DNA from: Camelus ferus
Lineage: Eukaryota
Length of the DNA stretch: 64,000 nucleotides
Reading direction: 5' to 3'
NCBI RefSeq assembly: GCF_009834535.1
Contig: NC_045697.1
Location: 103,542,001 to 103,606,000, forward strand
In this document: positions 11,960-24,805 of the stretch, in pieces
Numbering within the stretch: the stretch's first letter is position 1
How the letters are laid out: each line of letters starts with the position of its first letter
Notes under the pieces: model-generated
The model's input: the letters and a program-made list of their open reading frames with translations, nothing else
Database searches by the model: none
What the model was told of the DNA's origin: nothing
Translations under genes and position numbers: made by a program

Positions 11960-13415
11960 ATTAAAACACTGTAGAGATGCCCTGCTTTATCCTGTCCTCT
12001 TCTGTTTGTCTTGCAAAATGCTGGAGTAAAAATGTCCTACAGGGCATCCAGTTTCAGTCTGAGGCTAAAAAGGGCCCCTGAGGCCAGACGTTCAGCCCCT
12101 GGTCCATCACCTCGGTGGGAAATAGAATTGGGGACCTACCAGTTGCACTGCCCCAAAAGGAGAAGGAATCCACGTTGACTTGGGGAAGAGGTTCCAAAGG
12201 TTCCAACATGCCCGGTGGGCGTGATCAGTCCCTTTAAGCCAAGTCTGTGCGCTGTCATCTTGTGTCTCCTGTGCGGTTCACTTGGTGGGTTTTCTTGCCC
12301 CCTTTCCAGAGCCCTGGCACCCATGCCGTCCTCTCATCTTATGCACACGGTGGGGTGGAGCCATTAATGTGTGCATGCCTGGCATCATTAGATGAAAGCA
12401 AGACCTGGAGCTTGTGAACGCGTTCAGGTCCAGAAGCTCAGCTGTAATGGGAAAAGTTTCTCCCCACTGTTGCTTGGGAGAGGCTTCCAGGAGCCTTCCT
12501 CCCCAGTCCCAGCTGGGTTTGATGCCATGTCCTCCAAGAGCAGAGCACAAGCATCCCCATCGCAGCCTCTGCATCTCGTGTCTCCTGCTGGGAGGGTTTC
12601 CACACTTTATTCATGAGGTTCCCACAACCCTGCTCTATTCCCTGGGCAGTTTACGCCGTCTCTAGGAACAACAAATACATCTGGTCACTGCGGTTGAATG
12701 AACACCAGACAATTGTGTGCCCGCCTTCTTCCCCCACCCCTCGGCGTTCTAAGCAGCACTCCCGGTCCAGGAGCCCCGTGTGCGTCTCAGCAGTTTCCTG
12801 GTTGAAGGCTGTGGGGGCCAGATGGGGAGGAGGGGAGAGAGGGTTAGGGCTGGGGCCGGAGAAACACATGCAACATTTTGTCTGGTTTTCGTTTAAAGAT
12901 CACAGAGTAATTGGAAACAATTATTTTTAAATTAATAACTTGGGAAAGGTGAACAGAAACATTTCACAAGGTTTTACTGGGTGCACACCAAAAATAAAAC
13001 ACTATGCTGTGCTTCAATAATTTATCACTTCTTGACAGGGGCTTGAAAAGGGTCCAGTCTGTAAGTACAAATCACCAGTTTGCTCTTTTATAAATGACTT
13101 CTTTTAAGGAGAAAATGGATGTCCCTCCACGTGGAGCATACATGTTCTCATTTGTTTTGTAGACTATGGGGCTGCCAGGTTACCGCGTCCCTTCACAGCA
13201 GCCACTTCTAAAAGCAATTCCATTGTTATCTCCCACCAATCTAGCATCCTATTTTTGCTAACTTCTCCCCTGACCTCCCTTTCGGTATACATCTTTATTT
13301 TCCCCTTGCCATCCCTCTGTTCTGATAGCTCTGCCATAGGGTGGTGTTTTCAGCCATGGAACTACTTTTAATCAAGATGGACTTTGGGAAAAGCTCCCAT
13401 TTTTATGGTAATAAA
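11960..13415 (+). terminator. Candidate LSM6 polyadenylation signals (ATTAAA 11960, AATAAA 12993, AATAAA 13410)
   Basis: Hexamers downstream of the LSM6 stop codon; which is used cannot be told from sequence. Confidence 0.4.
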
Positions 13416-14807
13416 GGACTGTATTATGTACTTGGACCGATGCAAGTTGTCCCCCATGTATACCTTTCACATGGTAGAACCGTGAGACAGTGTAAATGCT
13501 AAAATTACTTTGTTCCTAACTGTAGTCTCCTAGAGGTCACTGAGTGACTTCCAGTTGCGTTGTACAAAGTCGTTTGTTCTGGGTGGAAGAATTTTTCACT
13601 TGAGTAAATGCATTTTTTCCCCGACTCTGCCCCTAAACCCCAGCTGCCGTGCTCTTTCTCGCAGGCTGTGACAAAACAGTGTTTAGCGAGAAACAGAAAA
13701 ATCGTGCTTGATTTTTTTTTTTTTTTAGAGTATCTGACTTCATGTTCTGTTTTGGTCTTCTGAGCTATTCCTTGGCTAATCTCCCAACAAGTTGAATTGA
13801 TTCTTAACTTCAGAACTGTTTATCCCCAAACAGAGCTGTTGACAAGTACAAATACAGATGGCAGACATGTGCTGCAATTTCCGTGTTCCCATCTCAGCAT
13901 TCAGTAAGGGAATGCTGTTGAGAGATGGTTTACATCTTAAGCTGTTTTATTCAGGGGGATGTGGACTGCATGCTGGGGGTGCTTCGTTATGTGACAAATA
14001 GTAGATGTTTGAGGGGTTTCCTTAAGATCCCAGTGACCTTTGACCTTAAAGGCAGCAGTGACTTGCTGTCTGTGGTTGGTCAGCCGGGTGCTATAATAAC
14101 CTACTTTATAAGAATAGAAACAGCCTCGGGGGGAAACATTGTCTTTGACAGTCACACTGACTCATGGTGACCTCAGTACAGCATCCCGGCCCAAAGGGCC
14201 AGTCTGTTTTATTGTGGGCTGACGCTGACCTTTGTCCTCCTCGGAGCAAATGATCCTCAAAGTATTGGCTAGCTCTTCTATTCAGAGGCAGATTCCAGCC
14301 CATTGTGTGGCCAGGGCTGTTCTCCACAGCCAGACTACATCAACCATCCTTTTTCTCTCCTCAAAAAGAAATTGTTGGTGAAAGGAAGACAAACTACAGT
14401 TTTTGTCTCCCGTGACCTCGTTTCTGGAGGTCCTGCCCTCAACAGCATGGCTCTGACTGCCTTTACTAAGATCGCCCCTGATCGTTGTTGAGCTGGACTC
14501 CACCTAAGAGTTAGGCTTGACCTCTGGGGTCTGAATATCCAGCAGCTACTTTTAATTCCAGCTTGTGCCAGTACACGGCCTTGTACCCACGCATGTCTCT
14601 GTTGTTGACTGACCAGCTTTGACTGGCCAGTTGAAGTCTTAGCCAGCGTCGGGGTGAGGACCACAGAAGTGGATGGCTGGTGGGAGAGTGGACGTGACCC
14701 GAACTGGCACTAGCTCTGCTCCTCTCAGCCTGCTTCCCTCAGGGCATGGGGGAGGCGGCCAGGCAAGAGGGCTTTGAGAGAGTGGTAGCAGGAGTCAGTT
14801 TTCCATT

Positions 14808-14905
14808 TATTGAATGATGACTGTAGGCAGGCACTGTGCTAGGCCCTGGGAGGAGATAGAGAAGTAAATATGACCCTGTTCATGCTCTCCATACTGAGTT
14901 TGTAG
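14808..14905 (-). mobile_element. L2 3'-end relic
   Basis: TTTATTGAATG...GGCAGGCACTGTGCTAGGCCCTGGG is the reverse of the L2 tail. Confidence 0.6.
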
Positions 14906-14938
14906 CTTTAGATATTTATGGGAGAAAGTGATGCTGTC

Positions 14939-15060
14939 TTTTTTGGGGAAGGGGACGGGGGGGGGGGAGGCTAGTAAGTCTGTTTGTTTGTTTAATGGAT
15001 ATTGAACCCAGGACCTTGTGTGTTCTAAGCACATGCTCCACCACTGAGCTGTACCCTCCC
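14939..15060 (-). mobile_element. tRNA-Ala-derived SINE (Vic-1-like), long form
   Basis: Reverse complement GGGAGGGTACAGCTCAGTGGTGGAGCATGTGCTTAGAACACACAAGGTCCTGGGTTCAAT, followed by an (AAAC)n linker, C-rich module and A tail. Confidence 0.85.
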
Positions 15061-15789
15061 TCCAGTTTTTTTTTTTCAATTGGACCAAATTTTTGAGAAT
15101 TCTTTTTAAATCTGAACACTTTGGATGGATTTGATAATCTCAACTATATGTTCATGTCTTAAAATTCCAGATAGCCTTAAGACTAGATAATTTTCTTTTT
15201 CTTTTTTAGAACTAGATAATTTTGAAATCTGATATTCTCCATCTGTTTGTCCTGTTTCCTCGCAGGCCCATGTGGTTCAAACTCCCACCTTTATACACTT
15301 TTTTTTTCCTATCTAGCAAAAGCCATATTTTGTTTTGATTCATCTGTCTGATTGAAAGATCATCTCTTCTTAGTAGTAATTTGGGAGTTACAGCAAATAG
15401 AAGGTGGACATATTCTAGGATCTTAAATCATAAAACACTGGAGCAGTTGGGGCAGACTAGTTTTTGAGGTATTGTTTACAAAATTTTCAAATCCATATGG
15501 ACTCCATTTATTCCAAGTTTTATAATGGAGTGGATGCTGGCGGGTTTGGCCAAATGTTCTACCAATAATTTGGACAAAAGGAGAGACCAGTTTGTGAAAA
15601 GTTTACATAAAATAATTTTAAAGAAATTTTTGCTACCATCATGTGCATAAAGCATTCCAAGTCACTCTTCAGTGTTCATATTAAATAGAAGGCCTACTGA
15701 ACTTGTAATAATGAAAAAAATAAAGAATTTGTAATGAGCATGTTGCTTGAATGTTGAGTGGATGGTACTTCCATACAGGATGACTTTTT

Positions 15790-16182
15790 TCCCTCCAGGT
15801 TATGTATCGTTCATAAACAACCCCCAAATCTCAGTGGTTTGAAACAAACGGTTTCCACTTATGCTGTACATCACAGGGGCCAGCAGATGGGACTCTGCCC
15901 CTGCGGTCACCTGAGGCCTGGGCAGAGCGACACAGCAAGCACCTTACGTTTCAACCATCTCAGCGTGCCTCCAGTTTGGTGCCGTCGGGGAAAGTTATCA
16001 AGAATCATGCCCTGGCTCTTAAATGCTTGAGTGACACCAGTCACTTTCGCTCCCATTTTATCAGCCAAAGCAAGTTACATGGCTGTGGTTTACCTTAAGT
16101 TTTCAGGGAAGTATAATCTTTTCATGGACTTAGAAGGAGAGAAGACCAGAAATATTGGTGAACAATGGTAATATTTACCACA
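15790..16182 (-). mobile_element. MLT1-type (MaLR) LTR, old
   Basis: ACAACCCCCAAATCTCAGTGGTTTGAAACAA and GCCAAAGCAAGTTACATGGC motifs typical of reverse-oriented MLT1; ends TACCACA. Confidence 0.65.
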
Positions 16183-16187
16183 GTAGG

Positions 16188-16604
16188 TGTATTACAGTTC
16201 TCCAGAGGAACAGAACCAGTAGGATGTGTATCTACCTATCTGTCTATCAGAGGAGTGGGAGGCATTTATTTTAGAGAATTGGCTCACACAATTGAGCCTG
16301 GCAAGTTCAAAATTTACAGGCTTGGCTGGTAGGCTGGAGACCTGGGGAAGAATTGCAGTTCGAGTCCAAAGGCAGTCTGCTGGCAGAATTTCTTCTGGGA
16401 AGGTCAGTGCTTTTCTGTTAAGGTCTTCAACTGCCTGGATGAATTCCAGCCACACTATGGAGTATAATTCTGCCCTGCTCAAAGTCTGCTAATTTTAATG
16501 TTCATCTCTTCTAAAAATTACCTTCACAGAAACATCTAGAATGTTTAACCAAAAACCTGGGTACCGTGGCCTAGCCAAGCTGACTCATACAATCCACCGT
16601 CACA
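16188..16604 (-). mobile_element. MLT2-type (ERVL) solo LTR
   Basis: Reverse complement begins TGTGACGGTGGATTGTATGAGTCAGCTTGGCTAGGCCACGGTACCCAG, like the MLT2 consensus start. TG...CA ends; 5-bp TSD GTAGG/GTATG with one mismatch. Confidence 0.85.
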
Positions 16605-19120
16605 GTATGTTAACCATGTTCTTTGCATTATAAATTTTTCTTAGCGAAGGTAAGAAGTAGACCCAAATCCCAAACTGCAAAGTCTAAGATTTTTACTGCA
16701 TTGAAAAAAAGAATCCTTTCTTTGCTAAGACTAGGGCTAAGGGACCAGTGCTCCTGCTGCTTTAACCAGTTCTTCACTAGGGTGCACAGGAGACATGGGA
16801 TTGCTTCCTTTTATGGTTTCCGAGGATGGGTCTGGAGAGATTGCTTTCGCTTGGTTTTGTTGCAGGATAACTTAAAAGTTCCCAGTTAATATATTTTTAG
16901 ATTTAAAAGAAAATGCAGAAGGTAAGAAGCACCTTTCCACAGAGCAGGGAAGCATTACCCCAAGGCAGACAAATAGGTGTTCTGTTTGTTCACTGTGGAA
17001 AGAGTCATGGAGTCTTCAGTGTACATCACAACCATGCTCTGCGTAAACTGGCTTTCAGAGGCACAGGGTATATATTATATCTAAAACTGAACCTCATTAC
17101 TTTGCAGACATAAGGCTTGTATGGTTCTCACTTTTAGTATATTTGAAACCCTTTGCAGGCATCTCTATCCAGAGAGAGTGAATATGCTCCCTATTTATAG
17201 GTTCAAAGATGTCCAGTTAGTAGGAACTGATCTTTGAGTTGGGCAGAGTCTGCCTCACCCTCTTGGAGTTCCTCTGGCATGAGCACAGATGCAGAGATTT
17301 CTGGGATGATTTCCCCACGTTGAGAGTGTGGTGGAGGATCCCCACGGGGTCACACCTCCGCCCTGATTTCATGAGCAACCTGGGCTAGTTCTGTCTCCCG
17401 TTGCGGTCACTGAGCAAGGTAGTCCCCTTTTCCAGACGTGGAAGCCTGAAGCAAAGAAATCCCGTGACTTGCCTGGGTCACTTGGGGAGTGACTGCAACT
17501 AGAGTAACAGTTCCCACTGTTGTTTGATCAGACTCTTAAGTGCTGAGCTCCATCGATTCCTCCTAGCGTGCATTTAATCAATAAATCAATTTTCTCTTCT
17601 ACTCATCCAGTAGTCGCAATAAGAAGGTCCCAAGGTGTGCGCACAGACTACATCCTCCTCGTTCAAAGATGATGGTGCTGACAGTGATTTGTCGGCGCTC
17701 TGCTTGGGTGTGACAGGAAAGATCAATAGGCGGCCAGCGGCCATTCACACCCGGGCCAAGGGACGGGCTGCCCCTTGTCTGTGTCTGCAGGCGCTGCGTG
17801 CGGAGTCGCGTTTTTTGAGATGACTGTCTCTTAGAATTTGTTCCCTCACCCCTGCCCTCCTCCCCGCCCCAGTCTCCCGAATACTAATTACTACACAACA
17901 GGCCGTTTCCCAGCAACCCTTTGCTGCATCTTCAGACCCAGTAAGGACAGGAGGGAGAGGTGCAGACGGGCAGTGTGTACATCGGAACCGCCTTTTCGTC
18001 CCTGGCCCAATTCTGGCTGGATCTATTGTCCTTGGTCACAGGTGCATGTGCCCAGATGTCGAATAAAGAGACTGAAGCAGTTTGGTGCCTCACTACAGTG
18101 AGACTTGCCGTGCTGCTGGTCCTCTCTGCACGCTGTCACCCTCATGATGTGTGCTGAACTCCCCCATCCCCCACGCTTTGAAGCCGGCCCCAGGCCAGGA
18201 AACCACTGCACCCCAACCTGAGCACACCTGGGGCTTAAAATCGAACCAGGTCATGCTGTGTTTCATGTTAGATACATTTTATTTGGTAAGTTTACTTACG
18301 ACTCCTCTTTTGCTGTTTTCCTTACCATTTTTCAGTTTATTATGTAACTTTGTACAAAACAATAACTTTCTAAAAAGCTTTTCATGGAAACTGATCACTT
18401 TGAAAACTGAGGATAAAGTTCGAGATGTCCAGAGGTGTAATGGGCCTTGATCAAAATGTCCCATTGTGTTTGCACTGCAGGGAGAAAAAAAAAAAGGAAA
18501 CATCTATTTTAAGACGTATTTAAAATACTTCCTAAGAATGGGTGAGAGGTTGAGCTAGAATAGATGCTTTCCCCGATTAGAACAGTGTTTTCCCAAACAA
18601 ACCTGTTTCGCCTGTTCAGAGGAATGAAAGTACTGTTTTAACTGAAAGGATAACCAGGGTAAATAATCAAGCCATCAGGCCGAGTTTAAAACCCACTCTT
18701 TTTATTAAAAACCAGAGCAGACTTTTAGTATGGTTTCTTTTATTATTATGGTTCGTCCCCCTTTAACAGAGTGAAACTTACCCAGAACAAATGCATTCTC
18801 TTCTCGAACCATCTCTCCCTCTTCTGTGCGGTGGGAGAGACCAGCTTTTGACTCTACAGTTCCAGTTCCTGACACCACTCCTCCCAAATTACACAGGCAT
18901 TATTTCTCTCCAAGTTGCCCTTCCTCTGAGTTGCCTGTCGATGTCTGTGTTACTCCGACAAGAGGGTGGAGGAGCTGCGCCCAAGTCATGGTTGACTTTC
19001 AGTGGAAGCAGGACTCACAGCCCAGGCAGGAACTCCTTGGAGGGCTGGGGTGGGGGTGAGCATCACTGACGTAAATGCGTTATGAATTTCACAAACATGA
19101 AGAGAGAGGTTCCTCTCTGA

Positions 19121-19123
<3 letters not shown>

Positions 19124-19211
<88 letters not shown>
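19124..19211. repeat. Compound microsatellite (GT)23(GA)21
   Basis: Read directly from the sequence. Confidence 0.97.
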
Positions 19212-19215
<4 letters not shown>

Positions 19216-22200
19216 TCGTTCCAGTTTAGACTGAAAACTGCAAGGAGACGAGATTGGTTTCAGTGCCGTTGCAGACTGGAAGCTCTTTGCGGGCAGGGCT
19301 GTGTTTGGCTTTATATTTCCAGTGCCTGAAGGGGTCTGGCTTGTGGGTGTTTGTCTGCTGTCTTCCTGCTAACAAGTAATTACACAGAAACACGACCCTG
19401 ATGCCGTTAGATAATTGATCTAAGTCATTGGCAAGTATTTTTGCTTCCAGGTAGACCAGCCCTCATCCTTAGCATCAAGCCCATTATTATTATTATTTGA
19501 AAGTTTGGAAAAACTGGCAAAGAGCCAGTTACAGTGCAGTGGGACCTAGACTCTAACATCTGCTGGAAGTTCATCCTGCTACAAGGGGGCCAGCTGACAT
19601 TTTCTGGCTTGCCTGGCTGCCAGGCAAGAAACACCAAGGAGGGCTGATACTGGGCTCGGAGCAGGAAATGCTCACTGACAGGGAAGTGATGGGAATTTGG
19701 GAAAGTGACTTTGTCACCCTGGCATGTGTCCCACGGAATGAAATAAACATGAACGTAGTCAGGCATGTATCCCAGCCTTTATGACAGCAGGTCCCCAAAA
19801 GTTCGGAGAAAACATCATCTTTTGAGAAGAGACTCCAGAAGTTTAGAAACTGTTGTGAAGTTCCTTCCTGTGCACAAACTCCAAAGAGAAAGTGAAGGAC
19901 TGGTCCAGAGAGTCCCACAGGGTGGTGATACCAACAACCAGCGTGTACTCCAGGCTTATTGGCACTGGCCCACGAGATAGGCATTATTACTCCTTTTGCA
20001 AATGAGGAAATTGAATCACGAAGAGGGACTTGCTTGGCAGCACCCCACTAGTAAGTGGCAGGGGTGGGACTTAAACCTAGCAGTCTGATTTCAAAGACCC
20101 TAAGCCACCGCCTGAATACGTCAAAAAGCCCAACCCCCAGTCAACTGAGGCTTTTCAGAATAAAGTGAACCACCAAGGGGCAGGCCACTTGTTAATGAGG
20201 ACAGCAGGGTGTCCCAGGTGGTGAGAACAGGCTACTCAGGTCCCATTTAGTTTCTTTATTCTTAAAACATGAAATAATTTCTCCAAGCTGAAAATATTTC
20301 TAGGAAAGAAACAGATACGGGAGACTGTAGCTCCTCCAAGTTAACTTGTTGAATTACGTCCCCCTGCACAAAACAACTTTCAGGTGACCTTGAAGAAACA
20401 CCTTTAGGAGCCTAGGAGCCCAAGAAAATGAGAGGTGAGCCAGTGCCTTGGTTTTAAAAAAGGAGGAAAAGGTTAGGAAAACAGCAGACCGATGACTTTA
20501 GGTTAAAACCCGGAAATACTCAAAAGAATTCAAAAGACTTAGCAGAAAAAGGGGGTGATTTTTAGGAGGCAGTATGGGTTCACTTGAAGAAGGCATGTCA
20601 GGACCACGTAGTATTTTAATTAGTGTGGCTTTCAGACCGCTAAACTAGAGGATAATGGTGATGTCACCATCATCGTCATGGTCAGTGTTGTCCTGGCTAA
20701 CAGCCAGGAGCAGGCACTGTCTGGAGAACTCAGTGTACATCACCTCATTTAATCCTGAGGACCAACCACTGTACGTCACAGCCATGGTCTCTTAATCTTA
20801 ACAACATTGAACAACATTTCTTAACTTTGTGAACAAACATAAAATAGAGAAGTTGTTAGTATGACTGGAGGATTTGTTACTGATTTTTGGAAAAAAAAAA
20901 CACCAATGTTCACAAAGAAACACAGCTGGGCGAACAACTACATTTAAAATGTGTTGCAGTCTTCTGTTCTTGGTTCTATATAGTTTCATATTTCCATCAA
21001 TTTCTCAGGTAAAGGAGTAAGAGATTTTTCAGATGATACTCTATAAGGACAGATAACATTAGAATCAAGAGTGGAAAAACTCAGTAAGCTAGAATAAGAG
21101 AATGAATAAACTAGAAACAAAAGGCACTTCAACCAGGGTTTGGGTTTTTTGGTTTTTTTTAAGCTACTTAGCACAGTTTGGGAGAAACTGGAATTACTGA
21201 ATCTCATTGTTGGAAGGAATTTTTGGCCTTCTAGTTTGCCCACTCAATAGCTCTCTAGTCCAATGTTTTTCAGTCTGCAAAATATGGCACTGGAGATTAA
21301 ATCAATTTAGTGGATAAAGTTCGGCATTTTAAGAAAGTAAAATAGGAAAAAAAAAAAACAAAAAAAACCCCACCCCCAAACCATTTATAACGACGATTAG
21401 TATTATAATGTTAAAATGAGTGTGCCACGTGAATAACAACATGCAAGCGATGAAAATAACCGTGTTGGGTGAAACAGCGATTGACAATTACTTTGCTGCT
21501 TCAGAATTGCTTTTAACGTTAGCGTAGACCCATCTTCCACAGAAATAAAGCAGGGTGCCCAGAATCTAACTCCAAATGTAGACTCGTAATCTCAGAATAT
21601 AAAGGAACAATCATAGCCCTTGTTTAAAAGACAAAATGGCCCTAAAAACGTTTTGTTTTGTCTTTAGTGACATGCTGGTACTTTAAAACTTTAAAAGTTG
21701 ATGTTTTAGTTTTTATTTTCTTCTAAATGCCTGCTGGTGAGCCCTATCTCCTCCATCTTGGGTTTATGCCACTGGGTTTTTATTGTTTTTTTTTTTTTTT
21801 CTGACCTAAGAAAAGCACTTAACATTTGTCCTTGTTTAATTTCATCTTGTTAGATTCAGCTCATTGCTCTGGCCTGTCAAGACTGTTTTTCATCATGACT
21901 CTGTCACGCAGTCGTCTGCCTGTTCCTCCCTGTGCTGGTCACCTGCAGGCCAGAGTGGCATGCTCACCACACCTTCCACCCACAGCCCCGGAGGGAAGAA
22001 GCCTGGGGAAGGCCCTGGCCAAGTGACACGGAGGAGCTGACAGTCTCCTTCAGGTCACTTTAGGGGAACTCCTCTAGCCAGCTAACATCCTTCTAGTTAG
22101 CCTTGTGTTATTTTAGCCCATTTTTCTCCCAATGGTCCATAAAGATAATGAGAAATAGACACCGATTATACTCCTTTCTTACTTAGCTGCCAGGAAGCTC

Positions 22201-22292
22201 AGAACCTGGGCCAACCATCCATTTTCAATGGGTCTAAGCCATTCAAAATCCATAGAAATGAAATAACGTGTGTGGCAAAAGCTCCCCCACCC

Positions 22293-22545
22293 CATTTTGT
22301 AAATAAGTTTATTTGTGTCCTTTTTTTAGATTCCACATATAAGTGAGACAATATGGTATTTTTCTTTCTCTTTCTGGCTTATTTCATTTAGAATGACGAT
22401 CTCCAGGTCCATCCACGTTGCTGCAAATGGCATTATTTTGTTCTTTTTATGGCTAAGTAGTATTCCATTGTGTGTGTGTGTGTATGTGTGTGTGCGTGTG
22501 TAATATATATTATATATATTACATCTTCCTTATCCAGTCATCTGG
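22293..22545 (-). mobile_element. L1 fragment
   Basis: AGATTCCACATATAAGTGAG...GGTCCATCCACGTTGCTGCAAATGGCATTATTTTG with an embedded (TG)n. Confidence 0.8.
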
Positions 22546-23607
22546 TTTTTTTAAATTTTTCAGTTTTGTTAGATAGAATTGTTACAATTTGACTGCACAT
22601 ATACAATATATTGCATGTAAATACATATACACAATATACTACACATATTTTTAAAATTTACATCTATGTACTGTTCATTGTTTCTAAGAACGTTTAGAGC
22701 TTTAAAAACTTTAAAATGATGTATTTATATAATATATGTAATTTTTAAAAATTTGGCTATATAGAGTAAATTCTACTTGGGACTCTGCCACATCTTGTAT
22801 ATTTCAAATTGTGTTACTTCTCTACACGTGCCAGAAAAACAAAACATTAGGAGGCTGCCATATTTGAACTTTGTTTAAACTTCACCTATAGTCAAATAAT
22901 TAATATTTTCTGCTTATCTATAGATCTTTCATTAATACCTGTGTGAGTTTGGCTTTGTGAGGGAAATAGAGATGTTTCAGTGAGGGAATAACACTAATGC
23001 TAAAGTCAATATCTCTATTTTTCCATCTTTTGAGATAAACAAGTTGGCATTAGGTTTAGTGAAAGGATGATGTTTAAGTGGTATTGTTGGCTCAGCCCAC
23101 GGTAGACCTTTCATTAAATGTTTAAGGGTGCTGTTGCCACGTGGATTTGATCTCCTTCACTGCAGTGTTTTTATGTGAAAGAAGAATTAATTGGGAGTTG
23201 GGAAGTCTGGTGTTTCTCCTTCCAGCTTTCCTGGACTGCTGTATGGTTGGAAGCAGACGAGTGCATTTCTCGGAGATGCCTCAGACTCGCACAGTTGTGA
23301 TGTCCCCTCACATATTAGAGGTGCGTGCAGAAGACTTCAATAATTCAGCAATGACACCAGCCAGACTCCTGGTGACAGGTGCAGGTGTATTACTGAGCGC
23401 TGCCCAAGAGGCTGACTAGCAAGAAGCCAGTGAACGAGGTCTGTCCGTTTCAGGTGCCCTTTTAACAGAAGAAATGGCTATGATAACAGAATGTGACAGA
23501 ACTCCAGTTGGTCAGCGGGGAATGTGCACCCAGCTCTGGAGTTGAGGATCATAAAGCAAAAGAAGGAACTGGTTCTATAGAAATGGTCTATAAAAAGTGA
23601 ACCAAAA

Positions 23608-23705
23608 GGGGAAGGTGTAGCTCAGTTATAGAGCACGTGCTTAGCATGCACAAGGTCCTGGGTTCAATCTCCGGTACCTCTATTTAAAAAAATTTTTTAA
23701 ATAAA

Positions 23706-23745
<40 letters not shown>

Positions 23746-23806
23746 TCAACCTAATTACCTCCCCCTCCAAAAACAGGCAAACAAAAAATAAAAATAAAAG
23801 TTAAAA
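23608..23806 (+). mobile_element. tRNA-Ala-derived SINE (Vic-1-like), long form with (TAAG)9
   Basis: tRNA head with AGC anticodon arm GTGC-TTAGCAT-GCAC and B box GGTTCAATC; ACCTAATTACCTCCCC module; TSD AAAAAGTGAACCA at 23592-604 and 23807-819. Confidence 0.9.
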
Positions 23807-24534
23807 AAAAAGTGAACCAGAGAATCATTTTTGGAGTTTGGTCTTTGTAGATGTCTTGAAATATGTATTAAAAAATTTTTTACTTTTGATGAAGGGCTTT
23901 CACATTAAAAGATTTTGGTTGACCCCACTGCCAAGAGAGGGCAGAGCTGGGGTGCTAACCAAACAATTTGCTGCTTCTTGCTGCAGGTTGGATAAGAGGC
24001 TTGGATGGTTTCTATAAGGGGAGATGGATAAAACTGCAGGATGTGACTGCTTCTGTGATGGGAAAAGGCAGTGTGAAGGGTGTGGAAGTGAAGGATGATG
24101 TTAGGTACTTGAACAAACACAATGCCGTCTTTATTTTAAAAAGGGAGAGAGAGAAAGGGGGGGTAAAGAAAATACATCCTTAGAATTCGAAAAATGTTCT
24201 CTAATTTGAGAAAACCTGCCGTGGATGGAAGGAAGGAAAACACTGGACAGTGTTCAGGACTGAGGCTCCCTCAGGTCCAGTTACGCTGCAGGTTTTCCCC
24301 TGTGTACTTGGAAGAAGTGGGTTTGCCCGTTTCTGGAAGGTCAGGATGCAAGGTCCTCAGGGACGCGAAGTTCTCGCTGGATGTCCTACCTACACAGAGG
24401 GCCTTCCAAACCCTGGTCTGAGAAGCAGGAGACTTAAGTCTTGCCACCGTCCTCAATTTGCTCTTTAGAACCATCGCAACCCCCTGCTCTCCACGTGCTT
24501 CAGTTTTCTGGAACATCCAAGGGCAGTTTAACAG

Positions 24535-24780
24535 CTCAGGGGTTGGGGGCACGAACTCCAGAGGGTCTCTGCAGGGGTTTACAACTCAGCTCCTCCTCTT
24601 GTGAGTAGTGTGACCTCAGACGAGTTATTCTCACCTTTCTATGCCTCATCTATTAAAAAGTGGGGAGGATATTAATACATAGTTTTATGGGGTCCTTGTA
24701 AAGATGAGATGAATTCATAGAAGCAGAGCTCCATGTGCGCCTGGCATAGAGTAAGAGCTCAATAAATGGGAGCTGTTATT
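24535..24780 (+). mobile_element. MIR relic
   Basis: GTGTGACCTCAGACGAGTTA...CCTGGCATAGAGTAAGAGCTCAATAAATG. Confidence 0.65.
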
Positions 24781-24805
24781 CCTGCTTCCCTGGAAAGGCT
24801 GGAAG

